Positions 38,855-50,386 of a stretch of DNA of 64,000 bases are shown in pieces. The position numbers and the translations under genes were made by a program. The notes below the pieces were generated by a model, which worked only from the letters and a program-made list of their open reading frames with translations, had not been told where the DNA came from and did not search any database. Source of the DNA: Lepidodermella squamata (taxonomy: Eukaryota; Animalia; Gastrotricha); NCBI GenBank assembly GCA_047495785.1, contig JBLDXI010000001.1, forward strand, positions 2,976,001 to 3,040,000, written 5' to 3'. The first letter of the stretch is position 1. Every line of letters starts with the position of its first letter.

Positions 38855-39947
38855 TTCGATTCAAGTTGGAAATATATCCAGGGTTTGAAGCTATATAAAA
38901 GCTACAATATGGATCAAAACGAATTTGAAATAGCCTGCGCCAATTATAAAACAATTAAACTGCAATTCCCGAATTTATATTCCTCGAGGAATGTTATCGT
39001 CCACGATAACAGTCGACATGAATCATTCGATCGCCCACTCGACTGATAAGGCCTGATAAGGGCGGTGCTTCGCTTTTTGACTTCTTTTTCGAAGCAGATT
39101 ATTTCAACCTGGTTGCTGGCTAGATTATCCGGATCCATTCTTTGAACCGGCTACAACCAGACGCAAAAAGGCTCATCGCAACCCATATTTTGTGCCTGCT
39201 CGCATGAATTTACAAAAATGGAATTTGTTTATCGCTGCTAAAATTAATGCTATACTCGCATTATACAAAGATGACATGGTACATCAGGTATTAAGTTGTA
39301 TTAACTTCATCATTAGTTAGTTTCATAGTGGAACAAGAGCTTTACAGTGTCGATAACGATGAGCTGTGGCTCGAGATTCCTCTGTTGCCACGCCAAAAGA
39401 TGATACATGAATAAATCCCGCATTAGACGTCGCCATTTTTACGCGAACAGCTCTAATATGGACTCCGGAATTTGAATTTCAATGCTATTTATTGTGTTGA
39501 TTTGTTAGAGGCTTCTTAGGTGAACCAGCATATCATTGTTGAATCATCCGCCGACTGGGAGCTTCATGAAATAAAAGTTACAAGTTGATGCCCCTAATTT
39601 GACGTATTTTGTGTGAAAGCACCCATTCTCCAACTGAAATTGTCCGCACTTGTGACGACACTAATTAGCTCGTGTACTGTGCGTGAGCGCTAAATTTGAT
39701 ATTGATCCCTCGATAAAGGGCCGACTGTATAAACACCGGCTATCTATAATATGACGTAAGAGCAAGACATTGCAATGGCGTCATCAAATGTTCGCTTAAT
39801 TTGTCGGTTTAATGATTGCTACGACGAATGTTTCTTTTCTTTAACCTCCTTGAACCATTATTTATTATAAGCATTGCCCTTTAAGCCTCTCTTTTCAGGT
39901 GAATTTTCTGTTCACGAAATCATTTGGGCTGCGAAATAATTTCAAGT

Positions 39948-42413
39948 ATGAATTTGATCAGACTATCACTTATATCCTTTAGCTTCATCTCGAACATCAT
40001 CTCAACGGGCGGTCAGAGTTCTGTCTGGCCTCGGACACTGAAAGCTTCTGCTAATCAAAAGACCAACTCGAATCGCCGCTCTTTAAAAATAGCGGTCATC
40101 GGAAATTACGGTAATTCCTCCGAGATACAGCCAGAATTCTGAATTAAAAACTGTTAACAGGTGGAAGTGTGAATCCTGCTGGTCCTTTCGTTACTGATGG
40201 TACACAAATCGCACTGGACCTTCTTAGTAATACAACAGATCTCCTAGACGACTACAACTTAGTGGTTGAGCTTTATGATGATATGTGCAACATCGCAGTT
40301 GGGAAAGACTCGGCGTTTAAAATTTTTGAGAATCCTGCTGGGGATTATTTTCCACTCATCTTAGGTCCACACTGCCCCGGATGGATACACACTGGCAGAG
40401 CTCTTCCTCACTACAACTTTGTCGGAATGGCAACATGGGTCGGCAGTGTGGGCAAATCTTTTTTCGGTCTCATGACGTCCGTCGCAGTTATGTACCGTAC
40501 TCTCCCCTATTTCATAATTGCTAACAAGTGGAACCGCATTTTTCTAATAACTGAGCTAGTAAGAAGTTGGCGAAATCTTGAGACCGCTTTTCAAGATGCC
40601 CTATTAGAAAGCGCAAATATTACGTTGAGTGGGGTGGTCACGATAAATTACGAGGGCACCTTGGTCCCAAGCTTTGATTCTTTCACCGAGACGGTTAGGG
40701 AACTGGCCCGTTTCAACCCTAGAGTCATTGTGATTCACACAAACTTTGCTGGTGTTGTAGCCTGTAATCTCTTCAAATTGGGTCTCTATGGGCCTCATTT
40801 TGTCTTGTTAATGCCGGGAAATGTTTATACCCTGCCAAACACGGCTTTCAGGCCACCGGATTGTACTCAGGCTATGATTTTTGAGGTTTTACAGTCCGTA
40901 ATATACTTCGCGTACGGTAAAAAGTTGGATATTTACCCAGATGAGAAGGATCTACTGGGTCTTTCAGGTAGAGATTTTGACAACATGCTGCGAGCCCGAT
41001 CTGAAAAACCTGATTCGAATACGCGATGGTTTTTCCACCGCGATTGGCACTACACCCAACTTGTAGCAGCGGCTGTCGTTTTGAACCAGACCGATGAGCA
41101 GTTGAAGCGAGAAGGGAAGGGATATCTAACTGACTGGGTCTCTTCTAGCGGAAAATTTAAGCAAAATGGTAGCTACCTGGTTTCACTTTTGCGGGAAAAT
41201 ATTGCGAACTTGAAGATGAAGAGTTTCACCCTAGATGACACAGAACGTATAGAAAGCTTTAGAGGCCTCGCGGCCTTCTACCAAGTCCAGGATAAGGCTA
41301 GAGAAACAGAACAACTGTCTTATGACACGCGCTTGAAAGCAGTACCGATTGCGAGCGTAGATTCCCGCTTAAATCCACCGAGATTCATAAATGGGCCAGG
41401 CTTACTGAGGTGGCGCACGCCTGATGGACATGCTCCCCTCGACATGAAAGTTACAGTTACCCTTATAGAGCCTGTCTTATCACCAACATCGAACATCATT
41501 CTCACAGCTCTCGCTGCGACTTTTATAACTTTAAACACGGCAATATTCGCGCTATACGTTAACAAGTTGAGGCGAAACGTAGTTCGGAAATCCATACCTG
41601 GCGCAAACATTGCAATTTTATTGGGGAATGGTATGCTTGTTACAGCTATCTTCGTTTTCCCGCGGGAGTCAAACCTTCAAGCAAGAATTCACTGCATGGC
41701 GGCATCCGCGTTGAGTCTTCTCGGTTACTCAACCATTTTTGTCGCACTAGCAGTCAAGTTGCACATAGCGATTGTTAGAAAGAAATCCATTATTCGCCAT
41801 AGTTCTACGAGATCGAGATCGAACTCTGCATTTACGTTGGATAGTTTGACTGAGTTCAGGAAAAACGTCAAAAATGGGTTGTTTGCAATTATCGCCTTCC
41901 CTATTGCTCTTCTTTCCGTAATGATTGCTTGGTTTCACTTGGAGCCAATCGAAACTTACTCATACATTGGTGACATCGAGGTAGTTCATGAGAGCCTTTC
42001 GTTACAGCATGTTAGATTCGGTTGTCAACTGAAGCAAATCTCGATTGTTTTTATTGTTTTCTACGCATTCATTTTTGCCACATTGTATTTGCGCGTCATC
42101 TATTTCGTTTACTACTCGAGAAGGCTCAAGTTGGATCACATAAATGATCTTCAGCTCACCCGAATCGCGGCGTATAGTCAAGGAATATTGGCCATCGCTG
42201 GATCTTGTGTTATTCTGGCCTTTCTGCGTGATGCGGATCCTGAAAAGCTGTTCGTAGGGATATCAGCGGTAATACTGGCCATAAGCTCAATTATCTTGGG
42301 TATCCTATTCATCCCTAAAGTGTGTACAATTTTTTCAAAGTGTTTGATTATATTTTTCACAATTTTCATTTACTTTTTACTATTAGCTGCGCCGCGGTTG
42401 GTTAATTCAATAA
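39948..42413 (+). CDS. Class C GPCR, GABA-B-receptor-like (paralog B)
   Basis: Exons 39948-40110, 40161-42319, 42387-42413. Colinear with paralog A (YNFVG..TWVGSVG.SFFGL, YGKKLDI.PDE, MKSFTLDD, GPGL..WRT.DG.AP.D); spliced end LRRGWLIQ*. Confidence 0.85.
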
Positions 42414-43650
42414 CGGTAATGAATTTAGCGCTGCTTGAAGCAACATTTTCCCTGAATCAGCGATTACGAATTACGAAGCACCTTTTTATTGTTCTCGATG
42501 TTGATGCTGTTATAGATGTTCTGCGTGATTTGGGGAATAAAGTACATTTGGCTTAATCTTAATTGAAACTGGTTACTTTAAAAACAATTGGGCGTTATCT
42601 ACTGTTGTCTTTTCATATGACTATCAAGCAAACGATAGTGTCAGTTGTCAGTTGGGAACGGCTTATATTCGTGTATCGCACATCTCAAGCGTAACAGATC
42701 AAGCGTCGTGTATACTAGCCGCACAGGGTACAAATTATGAACATTCATTCTGTATGAAACGAATGACAAAACTCCTTATCCAGATATTGATGTGATTTTA
42801 GAGCTTGATGCATGCATTTTCGCATACCCCGTCGAAATCTATCGTGAAATCTATTTTTCAAAAGCTAATGGCTGACCCTGGACATTCAATTTAGACCGCC
42901 ATATATTTGAGGCATGTCGTTTGTTTACCCTACTAATCATTCTCATCATAACAATCTAATCAGTAATTGACTTTTCAAAATGCCTAGTTTTGATCTTTAG
43001 AGGTATAATTCTTCAGATTTAGAGGCCGATTAACATGTGAAAAGTGGGGTTAGAAAATTCGAGATCGAAAAACTGATTAATAACATCTAGGAATCCAAGA
43101 ATCAAGTCAACACCCTTTTGCATTTTGCTGGAGAATTCAGAAAATACGCAAAACCCTATTTTTCACTTGTTACGGTCATCTACTTTTCTATTGACCTCTA
43201 ACCTCTGAAACTCATTTTGAGGCTGCCAGCTGTCACTCATTGGAGGCCGACTTTATCATCGGTTTTAACATGAAAGGGCAGTACGTGGCAGTAAGGGAGA
43301 AACTTTGTATGGTGGATAAAAAATTAAAACAGTTTGCTCGACAAATCTTACTCAGAAGTGTTATACCTGTATATAGGCTTGGCATGTCGATTTCCAATGT
43401 CTTAAAAAAACTGCCAGTTTATTCGAGACGGGCTTTATTCCACAGGGCCGAAACTCCCTTCAATTCAGGGCCTCCCTATTAGTTTTTCTTCGTCCCGCAC
43501 AAACTTTAGGCCTCACCTAAAATGTCACTAACACTAATCATCAACAAATAAAAGGATTATCATGGCGATAATGCCTCGTGCCAGGAAGTCTACGACATAT
43601 CCACCTGAAATGCATTTTTACTCAAACACTGCGCATTTTGATCATTCAGC

Positions 43651-45292
43651 ATGAAAACAGAAATCTGCCTGGTAGGTCGACAAAACAATGAAAGCCGTAT
43701 GATCTAATAAAATTTGCTCTCATTACCAGGTGTGTGGAGCTTCCACGGACGATAAACCGAAATATGGCATAATCGCTTGTGAAGCTTGCAAGGTGAGTAT
43801 CACCGTAATCTGCCATTTTAGTTTCTAATTTAGTTTCAGAAATTTTTCTCCCGAAATCACGATACTGTCGACGGTCTTCGGTGCATTAAGTTACAGGGCG
43901 AATGTGTGGTTAATAGGGAAACAGTGATTGGTGGCAGTGGGATCCGTAAACGGTTCAACTGCACAAAATGCCGTTTAGAGAAGTGTTATGCAGCTGGAAT
44001 GAGAGTTGGAGGTTATTGCGATATTCAAATATGCCATTTACAGCTAAGTCTGATGAAACTACAGGGAAAAGACGGCCAACAACCAAAAGATTGACGCCTA
44101 GACTCGATCTTGAAGAACCGAGCTCTCGAGCAAGATCCAATAACTATGAGAGCTGCAGTAGTAAACCAATGAAGCCTTCACTCTCAGTTGAAGTCATTCG
44201 GGCTCCGAAGAGGTTTGAATGCTCCGCAGCTGAGTTTATATTGTCTACAGCGGCAGAATCAGTGGTCGTCATGAGCAACGTTGCCAAATTACCAAGCGAT
44301 TACTACTCGAATTTGCACGCCCCTGAAGGCATTTGGCATGACGTGATGACCGATTTTCAGCGATGTTCTGCCATATGCGCCGATTTTGTCCGTAAACTTC
44401 CGAGTTAAGTTCCGCTACTCCTTATGCCCTATATTAACGTTTTTCATTACATATAGGTTATGATGAACTGCCATTTGGAGATCGAGTGGCTTTATTCAGC
44501 ATGGCTTATTATCCAATGTGCGTAGCTGAGAATTGCTTACCGTCAAATTCTACAATATCACCTTTCTATTCGATGAATGAGAAGGTTCGAGAGGCTCTGT
44601 TCCATTTCTTCCCAGTTTTCTCGGTAAGACAGTCTAACTGATTTTTACTTTCTGTTCCACAACCGTACTCATCTGTCAAGTAGCTACTTCAACTCTAAAA
44701 TACATAATAACTATTTTTTGTTGTTTCAGCCGCTTGAAAGATGCGCTGAAACCGTGGCTAATGCTATCGCGAGATGGCGTCCGACATTTGGTGAATATGC
44801 ATTGCTGCAGGCTTTGCTTTTCTATTCAGGTACACTCTTCTTTGGCGACTTGAATTTTGTGAGAATTAAATTTCCAGATCACGAAACGCCTTTGCAGCGA
44901 CCAGATATCGCTAGAAAGGTTCACAGCCTGCTTTTATTCGCCATGAAATCTTTCATGCTGCAACACGGTGATGGCGCTACTGTTAGAGTGAGTTTGAATT
45001 TGACGAAATCACATTGCGACATTTCTAATGAATTTTCACAAAGTGGAATGACTTTTGTGAAGTTTATCGATTGCTAAAGTTTTTCGCTCAACTTTCGATC
45101 GACAGCACTGGGAACTTCGCACGGTCACATCCGGATCTATTTGAACCTTATGCAATTTTCGCTCAGCTATACCCACCTGAAAAAAGCGCAGCCAGCCACG
45201 CTGATTCCTACGGTGATCAGTCAACCGAACTAGCCAACCTTAGCCTTCATCTTACAGACCTGCCATCTCATTTTTCTCTATTGAAGGAATAG
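43651..45292 (+). CDS. Nuclear hormone receptor (C4 zinc-finger DBD + divergent LBD)
   Basis: Exons ~43651-43671, 43730-43792, 43840-44011, 44044-44403, 44457-44623, 44730-44829, 44878-44987, 45044-45292. DBD CLVCG..YGIIACEACKKFFSR..C..C..CTKCRLEKCYAAGM; LBD signature FVRKLPSYDELPFGDRVALF and EYALLQALLFY. Start codon uncertain. Confidence 0.85.
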
Positions 45293-46297
45293 GTCGATAT
45301 AATCAGTGTTTTTAAGGGTGAGTGTTTAAATTGCGCTTAGATAAATAAACTTGGCGAGAAATTTCACACTTAATTGAAGAACAGATAAGTATATTTTAAA
45401 GGTGAATCTAATTCGAAAATTCGTAGCCATCAAAATATGGGGGATCTAGATGAGCACAATCCGAAGAAAAATCCGCGAGCGAGCGCAATTTTTTTGCACA
45501 GTTTAATGCGTACCTGGCAGGTCAAATGTCCTACTTTCAGCGCAGATACGAATTACTGAATTCTGACTTGAGTTACTGGAGGAAGTGACACGAAACCTGA
45601 CAGCGAAACTCTAGGCAGAGATTCTCGCGTTAAATTCCCATCTGGGAAATTCAATCGTTTCTGTGGAGGTTGAAGTGATCTTGACCAAGTGGGGTACCTT
45701 GGGGTACCGTCTGGCAGAAAACAGGGCGATGATTCATCACGCCTTCTCATGTCTAGGGCAAATTTTAGTGCGCATTTCGCACGTTAAAAATCGGCCAAGT
45801 TAACCCACAAAATGCAGGTACTCAATACCGCTCGCGATTATGAGACATCACTTTTCTGGGTGTGACTTTTTTCATCCGACCAATGTCTTATTTCATCCGA
45901 AAAACTGGCATTTGTGTTCTTTTAATTGTTATATAATTGTTTTAATTGTAATTGAAAAGCATGAAAATCAAGTCCGTGATTTACAAGCTTTCGTGAAAAA
46001 CGGGTAGCGAAAATCCTTGTATTTCAGGCCTCAAAGTTAGGACTCGATTTTTCCCCCAAATTTATGGCGCGTGCACAGTTTCATGGATTCGAAAAGTGAA
46101 TTCATGCCTATTTACCTGTGTAGGTTTTCCAGGTCAAGGAAATTCTACACTTTTGCCAATCAGCTGAATTTGTTTGAAACCTTGAAGTAGACAGTAGACA
46201 ACAGTTTGGCTCGATTGGACATCAGTTTAATTAGATGAAGATTTATTTCGCATTCATGAACCGCAGTTTTCATGGAAACTTTTTAATCCTATTATAG

Positions 46298-47452
46298 TCA
46301 GCAATACTGATACCACGATAGTTCGCCAACTTCAACGAAGCAGAAAAAATGCACAGTCATCATAACAAGCGTAATTGATGCCAGTGAAACAGCAATCACG
46401 TCGATTAGCCTGGCTCGCGTTATCCTGAAACTGATCTTCCAACAAGGTTGAACCTCAGCACAGAGCCATCGCTTATATGAGAGGCACAAGCTTGACATAG
46501 CCATGGCGTAGATCATGCAAATGGCTGACAAGAAATTGCACGCCAAAGTGTAATCCGTCAGGAAGGTTGTTGTAGGCTTCGCAGGAATTCGGTTCGCAAT
46601 ATCCATCTGAGTTACTGTGAGCGAGAGGAGAATAGTCACCATATACGCTGTCCTGTCACCATACCGTGGGCTCAGCAGGAATCCAGCTAGCTGCAGGCAC
46701 GAAAGGAAAATTATCGGCAAAATAATATTCAGTTCGAAGTAAATGGGATTCCTTGCAATGACGAGCTCGAAGCTAACTGCTGCCCAATTAGCCATAGCGG
46801 CTTCTTTGATAGCGGCATTCCATAATTTTAGTCTCCACTCACTCCCAACAGTTTCGGCCCATTCCGTCATATTTGTCTTGTACCAGACACTTGTCAGTTG
46901 AGACGACGATTGAATTGAAAAAATGAACCTGCAACGAGCAGTGTCGTAAGGAAACTTTCCGTAATCCATGTCACAAGCGGTTTTAAAGGACCCAGAAATT
47001 CTCAGCTGAAATTTGAGCTCACCATTCTTCTCATTTCTAACTGTTAGTCGCCGCTGAAAACCAATCTCCAATCCATATGGACCTTTTGAGTTCACGTGTG
47101 CGATAAAAGGAGTCCAAATTAGGTCCATGTTTCCGATGAACATCGCATTCAGCCTCGACGCGTTGTAATTCGGGCAGTTTACCACCCATTCGAAGAATAC
47201 AACTCCAACGAGACTCATTGATTCTTCGTCGTCACTGACCTGATCAAGAGAGTCCGCGAGGAAAAAAGCCGTGAAAGCAAGTAGCGGGCATGAATTTGTT
47301 ACAAAATCACTGGAGGTGCAAAGAGGGGTGACTGACTCGGCGGAAACATCGGGGCACTGTTCGATCAATTCCAAGCTTCTGAAATTGTGTATCTGACATG
47401 AAGCAGACAGGATCCTTGAAATAAAAATTAAGAAAGTTTCAATATGTCGCAT
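46298..47452 (-). CDS. Intronless Cys-loop ligand-gated ion channel subunit (divergent nAChR/5-HT3-like, non-alpha)
   Basis: Signal peptide, IWTP, Cys-loop CDMDYGKFPYDTARC, EW, R.PIYF..NII.P (M1), M2 GDRTAYMVTILLSLTV, M3, very short M3-M4 loop, M4 after ARLID. Confidence 0.9.
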   Translation of the reverse strand: MRHIETFLIFISRILSASCQIHNFRSLELIEQCPDVSAESVTPLCTSSDFVTNSCPLLAFTAFFLADSLDQVSDDEESMSLVGVVFFEWVVNCPNYNASRLNAMFIGNMDLIWTPFIAHVNSKGPYGLEIGFQRRLTVRNEKNGELKFQLRISGSFKTACDMDYGKFPYDTARCRFIFSIQSSSQLTSVWYKTNMTEWAETVGSEWRLKLWNAAIKEAAMANWAAVSFELVIARNPIYFELNIILPIIFLSCLQLAGFLLSPRYGDRTAYMVTILLSLTVTQMDIANRIPAKPTTTFLTDYTLACNFLSAICMIYAMAMSSLCLSYKRWLCAEVQPCWKISFRITRARLIDVIAVSLASITLVMMTVHFFCFVEVGELSWYQYC

Positions 47453-48579
47453 TTTCGGTTCGATAAGAAGTTGGATGATAAGTCATTTTTGAGTTTGTTC
47501 TTTCGTAGAAACAAGCTCCGCCGCTTAATTATTTCTTTATGCCATGAAAATCAAATATTTGTTGCAGGAATCGATTTCTAAGGTAAAGATTTCGTTAAAA
47601 TATTTTATAATGTTTTTCTTCAATATTTGAGACGCGCCGCCGTATGAAAAGGGGCTGCGTCTCACAATTGGGTGATTATGCACTAATAACTGTACTACAA
47701 CAATTTACCTTTTTCAAAATCTTACCAAATATGCCAAAAATAAAGAGCGTCTAACAATAACTTTTTTAATTTGACAGCGTAAAGATTTCATTATATATCT
47801 TTTAATACATTAAAAAATCACTGACGTCATATCAGGCGAACCAGGCTTTTAACTCATGTCTGAAATGAAAGCGCCTTCGCTCTTCGCTCCAATTTCAGAT
47901 AGGTAGCGCGTCCTGCCCGATGAAGGGCTCAATGCAAGGCATGCCGATTTTTTGTTAATCTGAAAGTCCTGAATATCTAGGAGGTTCAAAATTTACCTGC
48001 CTAACATTAATATGTACATCAATTTGCCGAACAACACCCTCTATTCAGCCACAAGCTCAGGAGACCGCGTACTTCACCTGTTCACCTGTTTGGGACCGCG
48101 TACTTCGTGTTCAAATTTGGACCGAGCTGCAAATTAGTTTACGATCGAATTTAAGCCAGGTTGCTCTTTTCTTGCGTCGTAGAAGGGTTATCTCTCGCAG
48201 CCTCTGCGGCCTAGTTTCACACCACGGCAATGTTCTTATCATGCTCACTTGAGACCGTTCGCAGGGAAAGTTGAGATTAATATTATGCTGGACTTATGCT
48301 GTCGTAACAAGCCCAGGCATGCAATTTCGATTGTGACTCATCGCATTGTGCAATTTATCGCAGAGTTTCTTGCGGCGGTCTCATTTATCATGCGGTTCAA
48401 TTCGCCATAGGGTGTGTTCATAAACTCAGCGTTCAGAACGCTTTTCTTTCATAATTACTAGTAAATTGCGTTTCCACTCCACTCATATCCCCTTTTTCCG
48501 GATTGAGATGACTAGTTTGAATATTCCACTTACTGTGTTTTAGGGTGTTTTCAGCAATATAATATACATTTTTGCAGCA

Positions 48580-49608
48580 ATGTCAGAGCCATCGGGAACT
48601 GAAAAACAATCGGCCGATGGCAAACAGGGACTAACTAACCACGCGGCAATGATGAACGACTTTGCGGAAGTATTTAGGCCGCTTCGCAACAATGATGAAG
48701 GCGTGCCAATGGCCCTGTTTCACGGACAGTGGCTACCAGCATTCTTGCCGGTCTACTGGCCTCAAATCTACAACTTTCCTGTCAAGCCTGACGACGTTGC
48801 AGTGCTGAGTTTCCCGAAAAGCGGAACCCATTGGCTGCACTACATGGTTTATTTGATAACAACTGGAAATTTCGATAGCTCCCCGCCGCGCGACGAGCGT
48901 GGGCTTCTCGAGCTTCCGCGGCCAGGCGCGCAAGAAGCATTGGAGCGATTAGGCGCAAAACCTGGGCCGAAAGTTTTGAGCTCGCATTTGTCGGCTGACC
49001 TATTGCCGAAGCACATTTTCAACGGCAAAGTTATTTACATCTACCGCAACGCGAAGGATGCTTGTGTGTCTTTCTACCACCATCAACGAGCGATGGATAA
49101 TCCTACCATGCCCTTTAAACTCACGTTTGACGAGTTCGTGAGAAAATTCATCGAGGGCAAATTCATGTTTGGACCCTATCCGTCCCACGTCGAAGGCTAC
49201 GAGAAATTGAAAAAGGATGGCAAGAATATTCTAATTCTTCGATATGAAGATGTGAAAAAGGTTGGTTTTAGAAGCTTTTCCCACCTTAAATTCCACTTCA
49301 ATTTTTATTCTATTTAGGATCACATTGGGTCTATTCGTCAAATTGCTGCGTTTCTCGGCAAGGAGTTGGACGACGCGACGGTTGAGAAGATTCGCGAGAA
49401 AACATCCTTTTCCAGTATGCGCAACAACGATGGCTACAACTGGTCCGAGCTGAAGAAGAGCGGAATGTTTGCTAAAGATGCCGAGTTTATTCGCAAGGGG
49501 GAAGTTGGCGACTGGCGTAATCACTTCAAAGACCCGAAACTGCTGGCGGATTTCGAGGAGTTCATCAAGAAAAGCCTGCCGGCTGACTTAATCATACCTT
49601 GCGAATAA
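48580..49608 (+). CDS. Cytosolic sulfotransferase (SULT1-like)
   Basis: Exons 48580-49260 and 49318-49608. 5'-PSB SFPKSGTHW, catalytic His SSHL, 3'-PB RNAKDACVSFYHH, YED, RKGEVGDWRNHF. Confidence 0.93.
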
Positions 49609-49969
49609 CCAGTATTTTTCGCTATTGTTGTGCAGTAATTCTCGATTTTGTTTACCACTCGTGGATTCATGTGTAAATGCTATCTTCCAAACTTCCGTGA
49701 ATGGGGTATCCTAATTCATGGATAGCTTGAAAAAACTGAATTCATGAGGTTTTTCTTTCAGAATCGTTTCCATGAATTTAATTAAAGGCTTTCAATTGGA
49801 AAAATTGCAACTGATTAATTTTATTCTCGATTTGTGGTATAAAAGCCTAAATATTTTATGCGAGTTCGGTCACGATGTTGGGTGAGTGGTATTGTTGATG
49901 GATTTAGTTGAGTTTGTTACAAAAAGTATCAATCTGAAGAAGATGATGGATTCCTGCTATCGATAAAGC

Positions 49970-50003
49970 CATAGAGAACGTAGTGATCACTACGTTCTCT
50001 ATG
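49970..50003. mobile_element. 34-bp perfect palindrome with 8-bp direct repeats; probable P-element-type excision footprint
   Basis: GATAAAGC-[CATAGAGAACGTAGTGA TCACTACGTTCTCTATG]-GATAAAGC: 17+17 nt arms with no spacer. Confidence 0.7.
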
Positions 50004-50386
50004 GATAAAGCCATTGCATTAGCTAGCTATCTATGGCTTGCAGTCAATGGGATTCAATGTACAGTTGAACTTCGTACATACCACCTGTCGGGCTCCACCC
50101 AGTGAGACGGCAGAGCTCAACTTCGTCCTGCTTGTTCTGATTAGACATTAGACATTCCTCTCTTCCGCGTTTTTAATTCCAGTCCTTTTAGGCGTGAATT
50201 CATTCCTTATGTCAAAGGGCACGAGCAAAAATAGCGTGTGCACTCTTCCTATAATTGGCTCGATTAGTGTCCAACCGGTTTCTTAAAATCGATAGCTTGT
50301 GTGCTCATGTTTCACCACGCCAATAACCAATAAATTACAAGCATTTCTGTCTGAAGGAATATTACAATTTTGACCTGATAGGCATT

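Noticed and set aside
42320-42556. C-terminal ~79 aa of the 795-aa ORF as a GPCR tail or eighth TM helix
   Set aside because: Intron read-through: splicing at 42319/42387 gives LRRGWLIQ*, matching both paralogs.
45553-45750. 65-aa minus-strand ORF, representative of the many short antisense or alternate-frame ORFs in the track
   Set aside because: No domain features; most such ORFs are shadows of real exons or chance ORFs.
48061-48110. Short direct repeats gaccgcgtacttc x2 and ttcacctg x2
   Set aside because: Consistent with local slippage; too few units for an array, and CRISPR is not applicable to this eukaryotic DNA.
48580-49608. Sulfotransferase as the enzyme that sulfates the EB-protein DYY motifs
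   Set aside because: It is a cytosolic SULT with no signal anchor; protein tyrosine sulfation is done by Golgi TPSTs.
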